DNA from: a virus
Virus genome (UHGV): UHGV-0011768
Reading direction: 5' to 3' (one strand)
DNA length: 50,190 nucleotides
In this document: positions 8,184 to 16,643 of the stretch, in pieces
How the letters are laid out: each line of letters starts with the position of its first letter
Numbering within the stretch: position 1 is the stretch's first letter
Notes under the pieces: generated by a model
Databases searched by the model: none
What the model was told of the DNA's origin: nothing
What the model saw: the letters and a program-made list of their open reading frames with translations, nothing else
Made by a program: the position numbers and the translations under genes

Positions 8184-8861
8184 CTAAAAAGGCACACCGT
8201 CCGTCCCGTAATCAGGCGCACGGTCGGCATACCCGCCGGAGGGGTATCCGGTGTCAGCATAGCCGACGGACTGTCTGGGGGCCTGTTGGCGCGGCTGCTG
8301 GTCGCCCACCACGGGGCCGTCGGTGATGACCTCGCCGCCGTTCATGATCTCCTGATATTCCTTGTCCGTGCAGGGGAGGATGCGGCCCAGGGTATTCGAC
8401 CAATACATGCGCCCGTCCCTGCCCTCGTAGGGCTCCCTGCTGATGCCCAGACGGGCCGGGAACTCCATGCCGTCCAGATCGCTCCAGCTATTCAGGACAC
8501 GCTTGCGGTCTGCCTCCGGGCTCTTGTCCTTGGGATCAACACACCGGACAGCTTCCACGATGGCCCGCAGGGTACGTCCGCCGCTGCCGCAGGCTTTCTG
8601 CTGGCCTTCTGTGAGGCGGATGTTCTGGGCTCTGCTGGGCAGGGTGATATTTTCATACCAGGCAACGCCCTCGTAGCTCCCTGCTGCCACTTCCAGCCTG
8701 CAAAAAAGCTGGAGCAGGCCGGTCTTGGCCATAGCCACCATTTCGTCGTCACGGCTGGCGTATTTGGGCTTCTCGATGGTGAGGCGCACCAGCACACGGC
8801 TGCCGCCCGGGACGGGTCCGTAGGCGCTTTTCTGTTCCTGTTCCTGGCTGAGGTCGATCAT
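8184..8861 (-). CDS. Putative ssDNA-binding protein partner of Sak4 (SSB-like acidic tail ...DYGTDGVPF)
   Basis: ATGA-coupled to the Sak4 gene. C-terminal Gly/Tyr/Asp-rich tail ending in PF like the SSB protein-interaction tip. The body has no SSB OB-fold motifs I can verify. Confidence 0.4.
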   Translation of the reverse strand: MIDLSQEQEQKSAYGPVPGGSRVLVRLTIEKPKYASRDDEMVAMAKTGLLQLFCRLEVAAGSYEGVAWYENITLPSRAQNIRLTEGQQKACGSGGRTLRAIVEAVRCVDPKDKSPEADRKRVLNSWSDLDGMEFPARLGISREPYEGRDGRMYWSNTLGRILPCTDKEYQEIMNGGEVITDGPVVGDQQPRQQAPRQSVGYADTGYPSGGYADRAPDYGTDGVPF

Positions 8862-9721
8862 TTGCGGTATTCTCCTTCGCTTGCTTCGTTGAGGGCATCG
8901 TGGAATGCCTGCCACGTCTTGTCGTGTCCGATGGTGATAGATTCAGGCAGCGGCCACCGGCTCTTGGCAAGGTACGCAGGGCGCTCCTGCGTGTAGATGA
9001 CGCGCTCTCCTTTGCCGATGGCCTTCCCTTTGCCGCCGTTCTCCCCGCTGATGACCTTGGCCTTGTAGTTGAGGAACAGCAGCATCTCGGCCCATTCCGT
9101 CCAGAGGGCGGCGGCCCGCTTGTGGAGTTTGATGTTGTATTTCTGGTAGGGGTCGGCATCCGGCGGGTCGAAGGTGACGGGCACGGCGTGGGCGATGCAG
9201 ACGATGTGCATACCGCGTTTCTCGCGCAGCATGTCGAGGCCGGTCTGGATGGCCTTCCATTTATCGTCCACTTTGATGTACCCCTTGCCGAAGCCGAAGT
9301 CCTCGATATTCACCTTCCCGCCTTCGCTGCAGACCTCTTTCCAGACAAACGGCTCGGCCCAGTCCAGGGAGTCCAGGATCAGCGTCTTGAAGCTGTGCTT
9401 GCCATTGAGGAGGGCATTCAGGGCGTCCCGCATGTCCTTCATGGATCTGCCGACCTGCGGGAACGTGGGAACGTCGAGCGCCCCGGCGCCGTCTTCGGTG
9501 CGGAGCAGGATAGGGGCAGGCCAGGTGGCGGCGAAGGACGTTTTCCCAACGCCGGGGACACCATAAACAACGACCTTCTGTGGGGGGAATTGTTTGCTGC
9601 TCACGATGGCTTCCAGGGAAAAAGGGGCAGGATTGAAGCCGAAAGCCTCTTCAACATCCTTGACCTTCTGCTTCATCGCAGAATCGCCGGCCTGCTCCAA
9701 AAGCGTCGCTGCTTGTGTCAT
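8858..9721 (-). CDS. sak4: Sak4-like RecA-fold ATPase (AAA_24 family single-strand annealing/recombination protein)
   Basis: Walker A GVPGVGKTSFA, Walker B-like LILDSLD. Size and architecture fit phage Sak4/AAA_24. Confidence 0.7.
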   Translation of the reverse strand: MTQAATLLEQAGDSAMKQKVKDVEEAFGFNPAPFSLEAIVSSKQFPPQKVVVYGVPGVGKTSFAATWPAPILLRTEDGAGALDVPTFPQVGRSMKDMRDALNALLNGKHSFKTLILDSLDWAEPFVWKEVCSEGGKVNIEDFGFGKGYIKVDDKWKAIQTGLDMLREKRGMHIVCIAHAVPVTFDPPDADPYQKYNIKLHKRAAALWTEWAEMLLFLNYKAKVISGENGGKGKAIGKGERVIYTQERPAYLAKSRWPLPESITIGHDKTWQAFHDALNEASEGEYRK

Positions 9722-9856
9722 GGGTCAATTCTCCTTCGGGGCCGGTGAGCGGCCCCACATAGCTGTAATCGATGTCCTCAACGAGCGGACAGAACAAAGC
9801 CCCGGCGCAACGTGGTGTCGCGTCGGGGCATTCGGTTGCGTGCTGGCACATGGCGG

Positions 9857-10204
9857 CTACCAGGCCGCGGCTTCGCGGCGGAGTTCGGCGTCCAGGCTGC
9901 GCAGGGTGGCCTTGTAGGATTGCGCCATGTGTTCCTGCATGATGAGCTCGGTGACGGGAACAAATCTTTGCCGCACGGCGTCCGGGGTGAAACAATTGGA
10001 CCCCTGCTTGAGCAGCACGACCGGATCACCGGGGGCGTCGATTTCGAAACACTGCATCATGCAGAGGCCGAAGGTCTGGGGCAGTGCGTCCCCGTAGACG
10101 ACCGGGCGCCAGTTCTCGCAGTTACGGCAGCAGACATTTTCTTCTCCGAACCTGTCGCACAGGTGGTCAAATTCATCCATCATGGACATAGCTATTTCTC
10201 CCAT
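9857..10204 (-). CDS. Hypothetical Cys-rich protein
   Basis: 115 aa (CDRFGEENVCCRNCENW). Protein-like composition. Chosen over the overlapping 9651..9995 ORF. Confidence 0.4.
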   Translation of the reverse strand: MGEIAMSMMDEFDHLCDRFGEENVCCRNCENWRPVVYGDALPQTFGLCMMQCFEIDAPGDPVVLLKQGSNCFTPDAVRQRFVPVTELIMQEHMAQSYKATLRSLDAELRREAAAW

Positions 10205-10280
10205 CCCCGGCGCCTGAGCGCGTCGAGGGCTTGTTTCAGGTCACGGGCCTTGCCGACGTACACGAAGCGCAGGCGGAGCA

Positions 10281-10925
10281 TCAGCGTTGCCCCTTGCGGT
10301 AGGCCGTGGCCACGAGGCTGTAGCCTGTGAACAGTTCACGGGGCCACTCCTGCCCGCTCTCGAAGCGGGCCATGGCGTGCAGCAGCTCCGGCAGCCGTGC
10401 CAGTACGTCGAATTTGACGTCTGAGGGGATGCCTAAACGTCTGGAAAGGAACGTCGCATACTCCGCCCTGTTGCCGGTACAGAAGCGGCTCAGGATGCCT
10501 TCCAGCGTATCCAGCCCGTGTACGGCGTAGTAATTGAGCAGGACGTTGGCCCCGGCCCGGATGCCGTGTTCCGGCGTATCGAAGACAGCGTGCCCATGCC
10601 TGTCCACGGCGATCTGCCCGAACCACGGGCGGCCCTTCACTGTCTTGACGTTGAGGGGATTGTTGTTGCGGATGGCGAGCGTCTGCACGGCAGCCACGGC
10701 CATTTCTCCGCCACTGTCAGCGCCCTGATCTTCGCCCTGTTCCCCATCCCGTGCGGCCATGGCCTCCTGGAGCCGGGCAGCCAGGGCGCTGGAGCGGGCC
10801 TGTTCGGCGCGATAGGCCTCTTTCATTTCGAGGTATCCGAAACTCGTAGCCGCTCCGGCAATGGCCGAGATGGCTGCCAGACAGGCGAACGTGTAGGCCT
10901 GCACTCGTAAGGTGCGCTCTGACAT
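10281..10925 (-). CDS. Membrane-anchored hypothetical protein (NNPLN motif)
   Basis: Start MSERTL with GGAG upstream. N-terminal hydrophobic anchor (ACLAAISAIAGAATSFG). IRNNNPLNVKTVKGRPWFGQ motif. The longer listed ORF runs through the tRNA genes and is not credible upstream of 10925. Confidence 0.5.
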   Translation of the reverse strand: MSERTLRVQAYTFACLAAISAIAGAATSFGYLEMKEAYRAEQARSSALAARLQEAMAARDGEQGEDQGADSGGEMAVAAVQTLAIRNNNPLNVKTVKGRPWFGQIAVDRHGHAVFDTPEHGIRAGANVLLNYYAVHGLDTLEGILSRFCTGNRAEYATFLSRRLGIPSDVKFDVLARLPELLHAMARFESGQEWPRELFTGYSLVATAYRKGQR

Positions 10926-11253
10926 AGACGACTCCTTGAAAAAATGACGCCCGGCGGGAAGGTAGGCCGCCGGGCGTGTTGCCGCTGTGTTGGCATGGCT
11001 GACGACGCAAAACACATGAAGCGCCGCCCCGCCTGCACCTGGGCAGGCTATCAGCGGCTGTCGCCTGCTCTCCACGGGGAGCGGGAGCAGAGGGGAAAAA
11101 GAAAGGCCGCCTCCCCGATGGAAGCGGCCCGCAGCAATTTGAACCGAGGGGAGGTCTGGTTTGCTGCTCCGGTCGCTCTCACGATCTCGCGGGAGCTGTG
11201 AAACAACAAAGGCCGCCAGCCCTCCGCAGACCAATTTCGTGGCGTCACGAAAA

Positions 11254-11327
11254 TGGTGGAGCCAGTGGGACTTGAACCCACGTTGCCGCCGTGCAAAGGC
11301 GGAGTTCTCCCGCTGAACTATGGCCCC
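11254..11327 (-). tRNA. tRNA-Ala (anticodon UGC)
   Basis: Manually folded: acceptor GGGGCCA/TGGCTCC with G3:U70, D-arm GTTC/GAAC, anticodon stem CCGCC/GGCGG, loop TTTGCAC, T-arm GTGGG-TTCAAGT-CCCAC, encoded CCA. Confidence 0.85.
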
Positions 11328-11337
11328 GTGAAAATCA

Positions 11338-11412
11338 TGGTCGGAGCGGCGGGGCTTGAACCCGCGCCCACCTGCTCCCAAAGCAGGTGCGCTGCCGCTG
11401 CGCTACGCTCCG
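11338..11412 (-). tRNA. tRNA-Pro (anticodon UGG)
   Basis: Manually folded: acceptor CGGAGCG/CGCTCCG, D-arm GCGC/GCGC, anticodon stem CCTGC/GCAGG, loop TTTGGGA (G37), T-arm GCGGG-TTCAAGC-CCCGC, encoded CCA. Confidence 0.85.
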
Positions 11413-11995
11413 ATGCTGTTACCTTGCCTTGCACTGCTCTACCTTGCCGAGCCGTTCCGTGCCACACATTGGCGAGCATTGCTCCACTTTGCCTTGCCAA
11501 GCAAAAACTCAAAGGCCGCCAGCCCAACGCCGACGGCCCCGGCCACGACGACAGCCTTTGCTCGTTCCCGAGCATTCCATCGCGGCCCCAGTCCCGGCAA
11601 CGACGGTAGGGAGTGTCGCTGCCGGTCAGGGGGTGAAGTTTCAGCCTCCATCCCCGCCGCCCATCGCTGCGCGGCGGTGTGAAATCTGAAACGGTTGTCG
11701 AACTCTTTTGCCGGAAGTCTCCCGGTGGGGTTAGTCACCTCCCCCAGCGCCCGCAACGCTCATCACCCTGCTTGATACGCCCGCCGTCCCGTTGTGCGGC
11801 CTGTCTGCGGTCTTTCCCGCCGTCTGGATACCCGCCCTTGTGAGCCTCGTTCGCGCTTGCGGTGGGGCCTCTTTTGCTCCCACACCCCGATTGCTCAGGG
11901 CCTCCCTGCCGCTCAGGCGGTATGTCCGGCGGGTTGGCGTTGGTACTTGGCCCCGTGGGGCCGTGTTCCCGGCCTTCCCCGTCGTCCATGAAGAT

Positions 11996-12043
11996 ATTTT
12001 ACAAAAGTAAAAATCAAAGTCAATAAAAAATTTACTTTTGTAG
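11996..12043 (-). promoter_or_regulatory. Putative PL promoter with OL-like operator (11-bp inverted repeat ACAAAAGTAAA ... TTTACTTTTGT)
   Basis: Minus strand: TTGACT (-35, plus 12018-12023), 16-nt spacer, TAAAAT (-10, plus 11996-12001). Inverted repeat 12001-12011 / 12031-12041. Half-site closely resembles the OR half-site TGCAATAGTAAAA at 14291. Confidence 0.55.
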
Positions 12044-12224
12044 AATACGCTGCTATAAAAAAATCACGCCACACCTCGTGGCGCGGTACAGGGCATCCCC
12101 GGCCCGGCGGAGAAGCGAAGACGGGGGGAGAGATCGTGCAGGGCGGAAACCGGACGCACGTTAAATGGAGCCGGGGAGATGAAAGGGCCGTGGGAACTCA
12201 GTGAGGAGTGACACACCTTTGGAA

Positions 12225-12279
12225 AGCCCCCTTCCTCCCATAGAGCGTGGGGGGTAAGGGGGGGGGGCTTTTCAGAACC
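12225..12279 (+). terminator. Possible GC-rich hairpin terminator upstream of the methyltransferase gene
   Basis: AAGCCCCC ... GGGGGGGGGGCTTTT; C-tract/G-tract stem followed by T-run. Structure is irregular. Confidence 0.3.
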
Positions 12280-12313
12280 GGAGAATCTAGTGAGGAGTTA
12301 TAGAGATTAGGAG

Positions 12314-13087
12314 TTGGATGTGAGAGTTGAACGAATAGGCAAGGCGACGCTGTACTGTGGGGACTGTCTGGACATACTGCCGGAAGTTCCGGCGTTCGGG
12401 CATGTCGTAACCGACCCGCCCTACATGCTGAAAAGCTCCAGTGACCACAAGAGCAAGCTCAACCCGTGGAACGACCTGTGCAATGGCGCGGTATTTGTCA
12501 GCCAGTGGCTGAAGCTGTGCGCGGACAGGATGGAGAACGGCGGAGCGTTGTGGAGCTTCTGCAACTGGCGCGGCCTGCCCGCCTTCATGAAAGGCGGCTA
12601 TATGGCCGGGCTGGACATGAAGAGCCTGCTGGTATGGGACAAGGGCTATCCTGGGCCGGGCCACTATCTCCGCTCCCGGTATGAGCTTATAGCTTTCTAT
12701 ACCGTGGGCGGGTACCGCATAGCGGACAGGAACGCCCCGGATATTAGGGAGGAAAAGTGGCCAGCCATAAAGCCGCATGGGCATCCGGCGGAAAAACCGG
12801 AAAAGCTCGTTGACTGGCTTCTCTCCCTGTCCGGCGCGGATGAAAGCGTATGCGATCCCTTCATGGGCAGCGGAACAGTGGGCGTTTCCGCCCTGAAGGC
12901 CGGACGCGGGTTTATCGGCATCGAAGCGGACGAGCATTGGTTCGATGTTGCCTGCCGCCGGATCGAAGAGGCGGCGCGGGAGATCACCGATACCGCCATC
13001 CCCCGCTTGCGCCATCCGAATCTCAGGAAAGGCAGTAGGGATAACAAAAAGCCCCTCGTGATGAGAGGCAAAGGAGAATACAGATGA
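12314..13087 (+). CDS. DNA N6-adenine/N4-cytosine methyltransferase (beta-class, DPPY motif), orphan
   Basis: DPPY catalytic motif near the N-terminus and C-terminal FMGSGTVGV AdoMet motif (pfam01555-like order). TTG 12314 or GTG 12320 start with AGGAG RBS at 12309. No restriction partner nearby. Confidence 0.8.
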   Translation: MDVRVERIGKATLYCGDCLDILPEVPAFGHVVTDPPYMLKSSSDHKSKLNPWNDLCNGAVFVSQWLKLCADRMENGGALWSFCNWRGLPAFMKGGYMAGLDMKSLLVWDKGYPGPGHYLRSRYELIAFYTVGGYRIADRNAPDIREEKWPAIKPHGHPAEKPEKLVDWLLSLSGADESVCDPFMGSGTVGVSALKAGRGFIGIEADEHWFDVACRRIEEAAREITDTAIPRLRHPNLRKGSRDNKKPLVMRGKGEYR

Positions 13088-13296
13088 AAATTAAGAGATC
13101 AAAACCAGGCGTCTATTTTGTTGAACCTGTATGTGATGAGGATGTTCGGTTCATGGATGCGCTGATGGCCGCTGTCGATGCCTTCGAAAAAGCGTATTAC
13201 CCCATGGATACTGCTGAGGGAGAGATTACTACTGCTTCCCAGGACATGGATGGCGGCCACTATCCCGAGACGGCAACAGGTATTAACCTTTCTTAA
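13084..13296 (+). CDS. Hypothetical acidic protein, translationally coupled to MTase (ATGA)
   Basis: 70 aa ORF, stop codon inside the terminator hairpin. Confidence 0.4.
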   Translation: MKIKRSKPGVYFVEPVCDEDVRFMDALMAAVDAFEKAYYPMDTAEGEITTASQDMDGGHYPETATGINLS

Positions 13297-13319
13297 TACC
13301 AAGCTTTTCTTCAATTTTT
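13279..13319 (+). terminator. Rho-independent terminator
   Basis: GGTATTAA-CCTTTC-TTAATACC perfect 8-bp stem then AAGCTTTTCTTCAATTTTT. Confidence 0.7.
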
Positions 13320-13528
13320 GCAAGGCGGATATTAACAAGGCGGGCTTCGTAGAATGCTCCGATGATGACGCAAACACCTTCAACTTGGAATCTGCATGAA
13401 GGCTCGGAACAGTGAAAAGGTTCCTTCATCGGGATATTATTGATCTTGCCATAGAAGGGACATTTTTTGTTCAGATACATTGCAACTCCTTTCCCCGCTT
13501 CGGCGGGGTTTTTATTTCTCCCGCACAT
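13283..13528 (-). CDS. Small Cys-rich ORF in AT-rich DNA directly downstream of the repressor gene
   Basis: 81 aa (CPFYG...HCSEPSC). Markedly lower GC than flanks. Overlaps the cI stop by 16 nt and the plus-strand terminator. Confidence 0.3.
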   Translation of the reverse strand: MCGRNKNPAEAGKGVAMYLNKKCPFYGKINNIPMKEPFHCSEPSCRFQVEGVCVIIGAFYEARLVNIRLAKIEEKLGIKKG

Positions 13529-14270
13529 CCGTCCATGCCCAGATCACACGGCCGGCAATCACCTTGTCCCAGTCCCCGGCGTAGTCCTTGAGCAGGCTGT
13601 AGACCATAGGCGGGTGCTTGAGGCCGTTGTCGGAGTAGAAGGTGATCCGGTAGTCCCCGTCCTGCTTGTCCTCGATGGACACGCGCTTGACCATCCCGGC
13701 CCCGTCGGGATCCGTCACCAGCATCATATGGCCGGGGCGCAGCACGTCACGGTCGTCCCTGTCCACCAGCACGATGTCGCCGGGGTTGAGGGTGGGCTGC
13801 ATGGAGGTGGAATGCGCTCCGATCTCCACGGCTATCAGGTTGCGGCGGAAGCGGACGGCAGGGTGGTGGCGGTACGCCAGGAACCAGCTCTTCACCTCGT
13901 CCTGCGGGATGTAGCCCAGCCCGGCGCCCACCTCGCCCACCATCGGGGCGGCGATGTAATCCTCAGACTGCGGCGGTTCGATGCCCTCACCGATAGGAGC
14001 GATGCGAGCATTCACGAAGCACACGTCTCGGTCTGCTTCTGGATTGGATGACGGCAGAACAATTTTGGCATTCAGCATGTCCAAAATAGGGGACAGCTTT
14101 TCCAGACTGGGCTTCCTGTCCCCCTTTATCCATGTGTGGAGAGTTGGGACGCTCATCCCGAACGCCCTTGCAGCTTGGCTGACGTTGCCGCCGTACTTTT
14201 CGGATATGGCGTTTTTTATCGTCAAGATCGCAGAATCAAAAAAATTTCCCATGCTTCCACCTGACTTCAT
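13512..14270 (-). CDS. cI: CI-like repressor (N-terminal HTH + C-terminal S24 LexA-like peptidase domain)
   Basis: HTH (VSQAARAFGMSVPTLHTWIKG) and S24 core (GDIVLVDRDDRDVLRPGHMMLV). Divergent from cro across the operator. Alternative start 14252 has a GGTGG SD. Confidence 0.85.
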   Translation of the reverse strand: MKSGGSMGNFFDSAILTIKNAISEKYGGNVSQAARAFGMSVPTLHTWIKGDRKPSLEKLSPILDMLNAKIVLPSSNPEADRDVCFVNARIAPIGEGIEPPQSEDYIAAPMVGEVGAGLGYIPQDEVKSWFLAYRHHPAVRFRRNLIAVEIGAHSTSMQPTLNPGDIVLVDRDDRDVLRPGHMMLVTDPDGAGMVKRVSIEDKQDGDYRITFYSDNGLKHPPMVYSLLKDYAGDWDKVIAGRVIWAWTDVREK

Positions 14271-14290
14271 ATTTTACATTTGTCAAATTC

Positions 14291-14338
14291 TGCAATAGTA
14301 AAAACTTTCTTGAAATAAATTTTACTATTGCATAAAAT
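14291..14338 (+). promoter_or_regulatory. OR operator (13-bp perfect inverted repeat TGCAATAGTAAAA / TTTTACTATTGCA) with PR promoter
   Basis: Inverted repeat 14291-14303 / 14320-14332. PR: TTGAAA (14310-14315), 17-nt spacer, TAAAAT (14333-14338). cro ATG at 14345 about 7 nt after the -10, so the mRNA is probably leaderless. TTGACA at 14281-14286 on the minus strand is a candidate PRM -35. Confidence 0.65.
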
Positions 14339-14344
14339 GCGCGT

Positions 14345-14572
14345 ATGAAAAAGCAAACACCTCTTCGCACAGCGCTTTCAAAGCGCGGGATTTCGTTAGC
14401 GGAAGTCGTGAAAAAGGGTATCCCCTTCGGGACTGCGGCCTCTCATTTTTACGGCTACAGGGAGATGACTGTTTCCTATGTCCAGCGTTACGCCTCACTT
14501 TTTGGCATTCCCCTTGAAGAGCTGATTCCTACCCCCCCCACCCCCCCGGAGAAGGAGGCGCCCCATGCGTGA
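14345..14572 (+). CDS. cro: Cro-like HTH regulator (XRE family)
   Basis: 75 aa. HTH ISLAEVVKKGIPFGTAASHFYG. Position divergent from cI. Confidence 0.7.
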   Translation: MKKQTPLRTALSKRGISLAEVVKKGIPFGTAASHFYGYREMTVSYVQRYASLFGIPLEELIPTPPTPPEKEAPHA

Positions 14573-14720
14573 CTTCCCCCTCTTCGACCTTGCCCCGGCG
14601 GTCTACTGGCTGCGCGGGGTCTTCCCCTTTGACCTGCTGGCCCTGTTCGCCGTCATGCTGTTCGGATTCTGGACGGCTGCCGGGGCGGCATGGGTCGTGG
14701 GCATGATTGGAAGGAGGTAA
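14565..14720 (+). CDS. Possible small membrane protein (51 aa), not in the ORF track
   Basis: ATG overlaps the cro stop. Two hydrophobic stretches (LLALFAVMLFGFWTAAGAAWVVGMIG). Confidence 0.25.
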   Translation: MRDFPLFDLAPAVYWLRGVFPFDLLALFAVMLFGFWTAAGAAWVVGMIGRR

Positions 14721-14824
14721 CACATGGAAGGCGTTCTTATCCCGGCATCCTGGTCGCTGGCTTCGTCGCTACGCTCTACGTCATCTGCAAATACCTCTAA
14801 CCGGGCTCCAAAGGGGGGCCGCCT

Positions 14825-15628
14825 ATGAACATCGAAATCACACTGAAAGAGCTCAATGGTAAGCAAATCCCGGCTGTGACCAGCCTTCAGGTGGCGGAGG
14901 CGTTCGGGAAGGAACACAAGCATGTTCTGCGCGACATCGGGCAGATTTTGCCGCAAGTACCTGAAATCTTCGAGAAGTCCAATTTTGGACTGACCGAGTA
15001 CGAGCTGAAAAACAACCTCGGCTTCCCGGTGAAGCGTCCCATGTACATCATCACCAAAGACGGCTTCACCCTCCTGACCATGGGCTACACCGGCGAGAAG
15101 GCCATGAAGTTCAAGGTGGCCTACATCAACCGCTTCAACGAGATGGAGGAGCAACTGCGCAGCGGTTCCCCGGCCATTCCCGATTTCCAGAACCCGGCTC
15201 TTGCCGCACGCGCCTGGGCAGAGCAGTACGAACGTCGCCAGATTGCCGAAGCCCAGCGGGATGAAGCCATCCGCACCAAGGCGGAGATCGGCAGCCGACG
15301 CGAAGCTACCAGCATGGCCACGGCGTCCGCCGCCGTTCGCCAGCGCGACGCCTTGGCCGACAAGCTGGGCGAGGGGAAGCACTACAAGCAGGTGAAGGCC
15401 ATCCCGTGGCTGCTGGAGGTGTTCCACGAGTCCGCGGGCATGTATTCGCAGGTGGGCCGCAAGCTTTCCGACCTGGGCGCCCGCATGGGCCTCTCCCCGC
15501 GCATCAAGGAAGACAGCCAATACGGCACCGTCAAGATCCACCATGTGGAAGTCATCGAGGCGCTCCGGCTGGCCCTCAAGCAGGATCACAACCTGCTGGG
15601 GAAGTATCGCAAGATGAAGGCGGCGTAG
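14825..15628 (+). CDS. rha: Rha-family phage regulatory protein
   Basis: N-terminal Rha domain (LQVAEAFGKEHKHVLRDI ... MYIITKDGFTLLTMGYTGEKAMKFKVAYINRF). Confidence 0.75.
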   Translation: MNIEITLKELNGKQIPAVTSLQVAEAFGKEHKHVLRDIGQILPQVPEIFEKSNFGLTEYELKNNLGFPVKRPMYIITKDGFTLLTMGYTGEKAMKFKVAYINRFNEMEEQLRSGSPAIPDFQNPALAARAWAEQYERRQIAEAQRDEAIRTKAEIGSRREATSMATASAAVRQRDALADKLGEGKHYKQVKAIPWLLEVFHESAGMYSQVGRKLSDLGARMGLSPRIKEDSQYGTVKIHHVEVIEALRLALKQDHNLLGKYRKMKAA

Positions 15629-15637
15629 GAGGACACC

Positions 15638-16408
15638 ATGAACGACATGAAGATTTTCGAGAACTCCGAGTTCGGCGCCGTGCGCGTCGTGGATATGAAC
15701 GGTGAACCCCGGTTCGTGGCCAGGGACGTGTGCGAATGTCTGGAACTTGGCAATCCGCGCACGAGCATTGCCCTTTTGGATGAGGATGAAAAGGGCGTCC
15801 ATACTATGGACACCCCTGGCGGGGCGCAGGAAATGTCCATCGTTTCCGAAGCCGGCCTGTATTCCCTGATCCTGCGTTCCCGCAAACCAGAGGCCAAGGC
15901 TTTCAAGCGCTGGATCACGCACGAAGTCCTGCCCGCCATCCGCAAGCACGGCGGCTACCTGACCCCGGCCAAGCTGGAGGAGGCCCTGACCGATCCTGAC
16001 ACCATCATCCGGCTGGCTACCAACCTCAAGGCAGAGCGGGAGAAGCGGCAGGCCCTTGAAGCGCAGGCAGCGGCCGACAGGCCCAAGGTGGTGTTCGCGG
16101 AATCCATCGAGGTGGCGAAGACCTCCATCCTCGTGGGGGAGATGGCGAAGCTCATCAAGCAGGCCACGGGCTGCGACATGGGCCAGAACCGCTTCTTCGA
16201 GTGGCTGCGTGCCAACGGCTACCTGCACAAGGGCGGCAGCGCCCGGAACATGCCCACGCAGCGCTGTATCGACGCGGGCTGGATGGGGATCAAGGAAGGG
16301 ACGCGCATCGGCTCCGGCGGGGAATGCCACATCACCCGCACGCCCAAGGTGACGGGCAAGGGCCAGATCTACTTCGTGAACCTGTTCCGTGAAATGAAGG
16401 CGGCGTAG
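15638..16408 (+). CDS. ant: Antirepressor Ant (Bro-N + KilA-C domains)
   Basis: Bro-N N-terminus (FGAVRVVDMNGEPRFVARDVCECLEL) and KilA-C-like C-terminus (NRFFEWLRANGYL). Confidence 0.75.
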   Translation: MNDMKIFENSEFGAVRVVDMNGEPRFVARDVCECLELGNPRTSIALLDEDEKGVHTMDTPGGAQEMSIVSEAGLYSLILRSRKPEAKAFKRWITHEVLPAIRKHGGYLTPAKLEEALTDPDTIIRLATNLKAEREKRQALEAQAAADRPKVVFAESIEVAKTSILVGEMAKLIKQATGCDMGQNRFFEWLRANGYLHKGGSARNMPTQRCIDAGWMGIKEGTRIGSGGECHITRTPKVTGKGQIYFVNLFREMKAA

Positions 16409-16412
16409 CGTC

Positions 16413-16643
16413 ATGGGCGACCTCGTGCTGTTGAATTTCAAGGTGCCCCCGGAGAGTGCGTACAGCATCCAGCGGGAGATGGGATTCCATGACCTGAACC
16501 GTTCGGAGTTCGTGCGGCAGTGCATCCGTATCGCCGGGCCGCTGCTGCGAGAGGCGCCGGGGTTGTTGGAAGCTGATGATAAGAGAGTAGCCGACCTGAT
16601 GAGCAAAGTCGGTAAGATTCTGGTAACACTGGAAAAAGTCTAG
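16413..16643 (+). CDS. Ribbon-helix-helix (CopG/Arc-like) protein
   Basis: FKVPPESAYSIQREMGFHDLNRSEFVRQCIRIA fits a beta-strand plus two-helix RHH. Confidence 0.45.
   Translation: MGDLVLLNFKVPPESAYSIQREMGFHDLNRSEFVRQCIRIAGPLLREAPGLLEADDKRVADLMSKVGKILVTLEKV

Noticed and set aside
9651-9995. 114-aa minus-strand ORF
   Set aside because: Overlaps both Sak4 upstream region and the better-formed 9857..10204 ORF; His/Pro/Arg/Gly-rich composition looks non-coding.
11414-11510. Possible third tRNA after tRNA-Pro
   Set aside because: Could not fold a cloverleaf with a 7-bp acceptor stem and T-arm from this stretch.
11735-11989. 84-aa G/P/R-rich ORF just downstream of the PL-like promoter as an N-like antiterminator
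   Set aside because: Composition is non-protein-like and the arginine-rich patch is C-terminal; more likely an untranslated leader. Left as a possibility only.
14603-16606. 667-aa minus-strand ORF
   Set aside because: Antisense to the well-supported rha and ant genes. Translation is low-complexity R/A/G/P/L-rich, a typical high-GC frame shadow.
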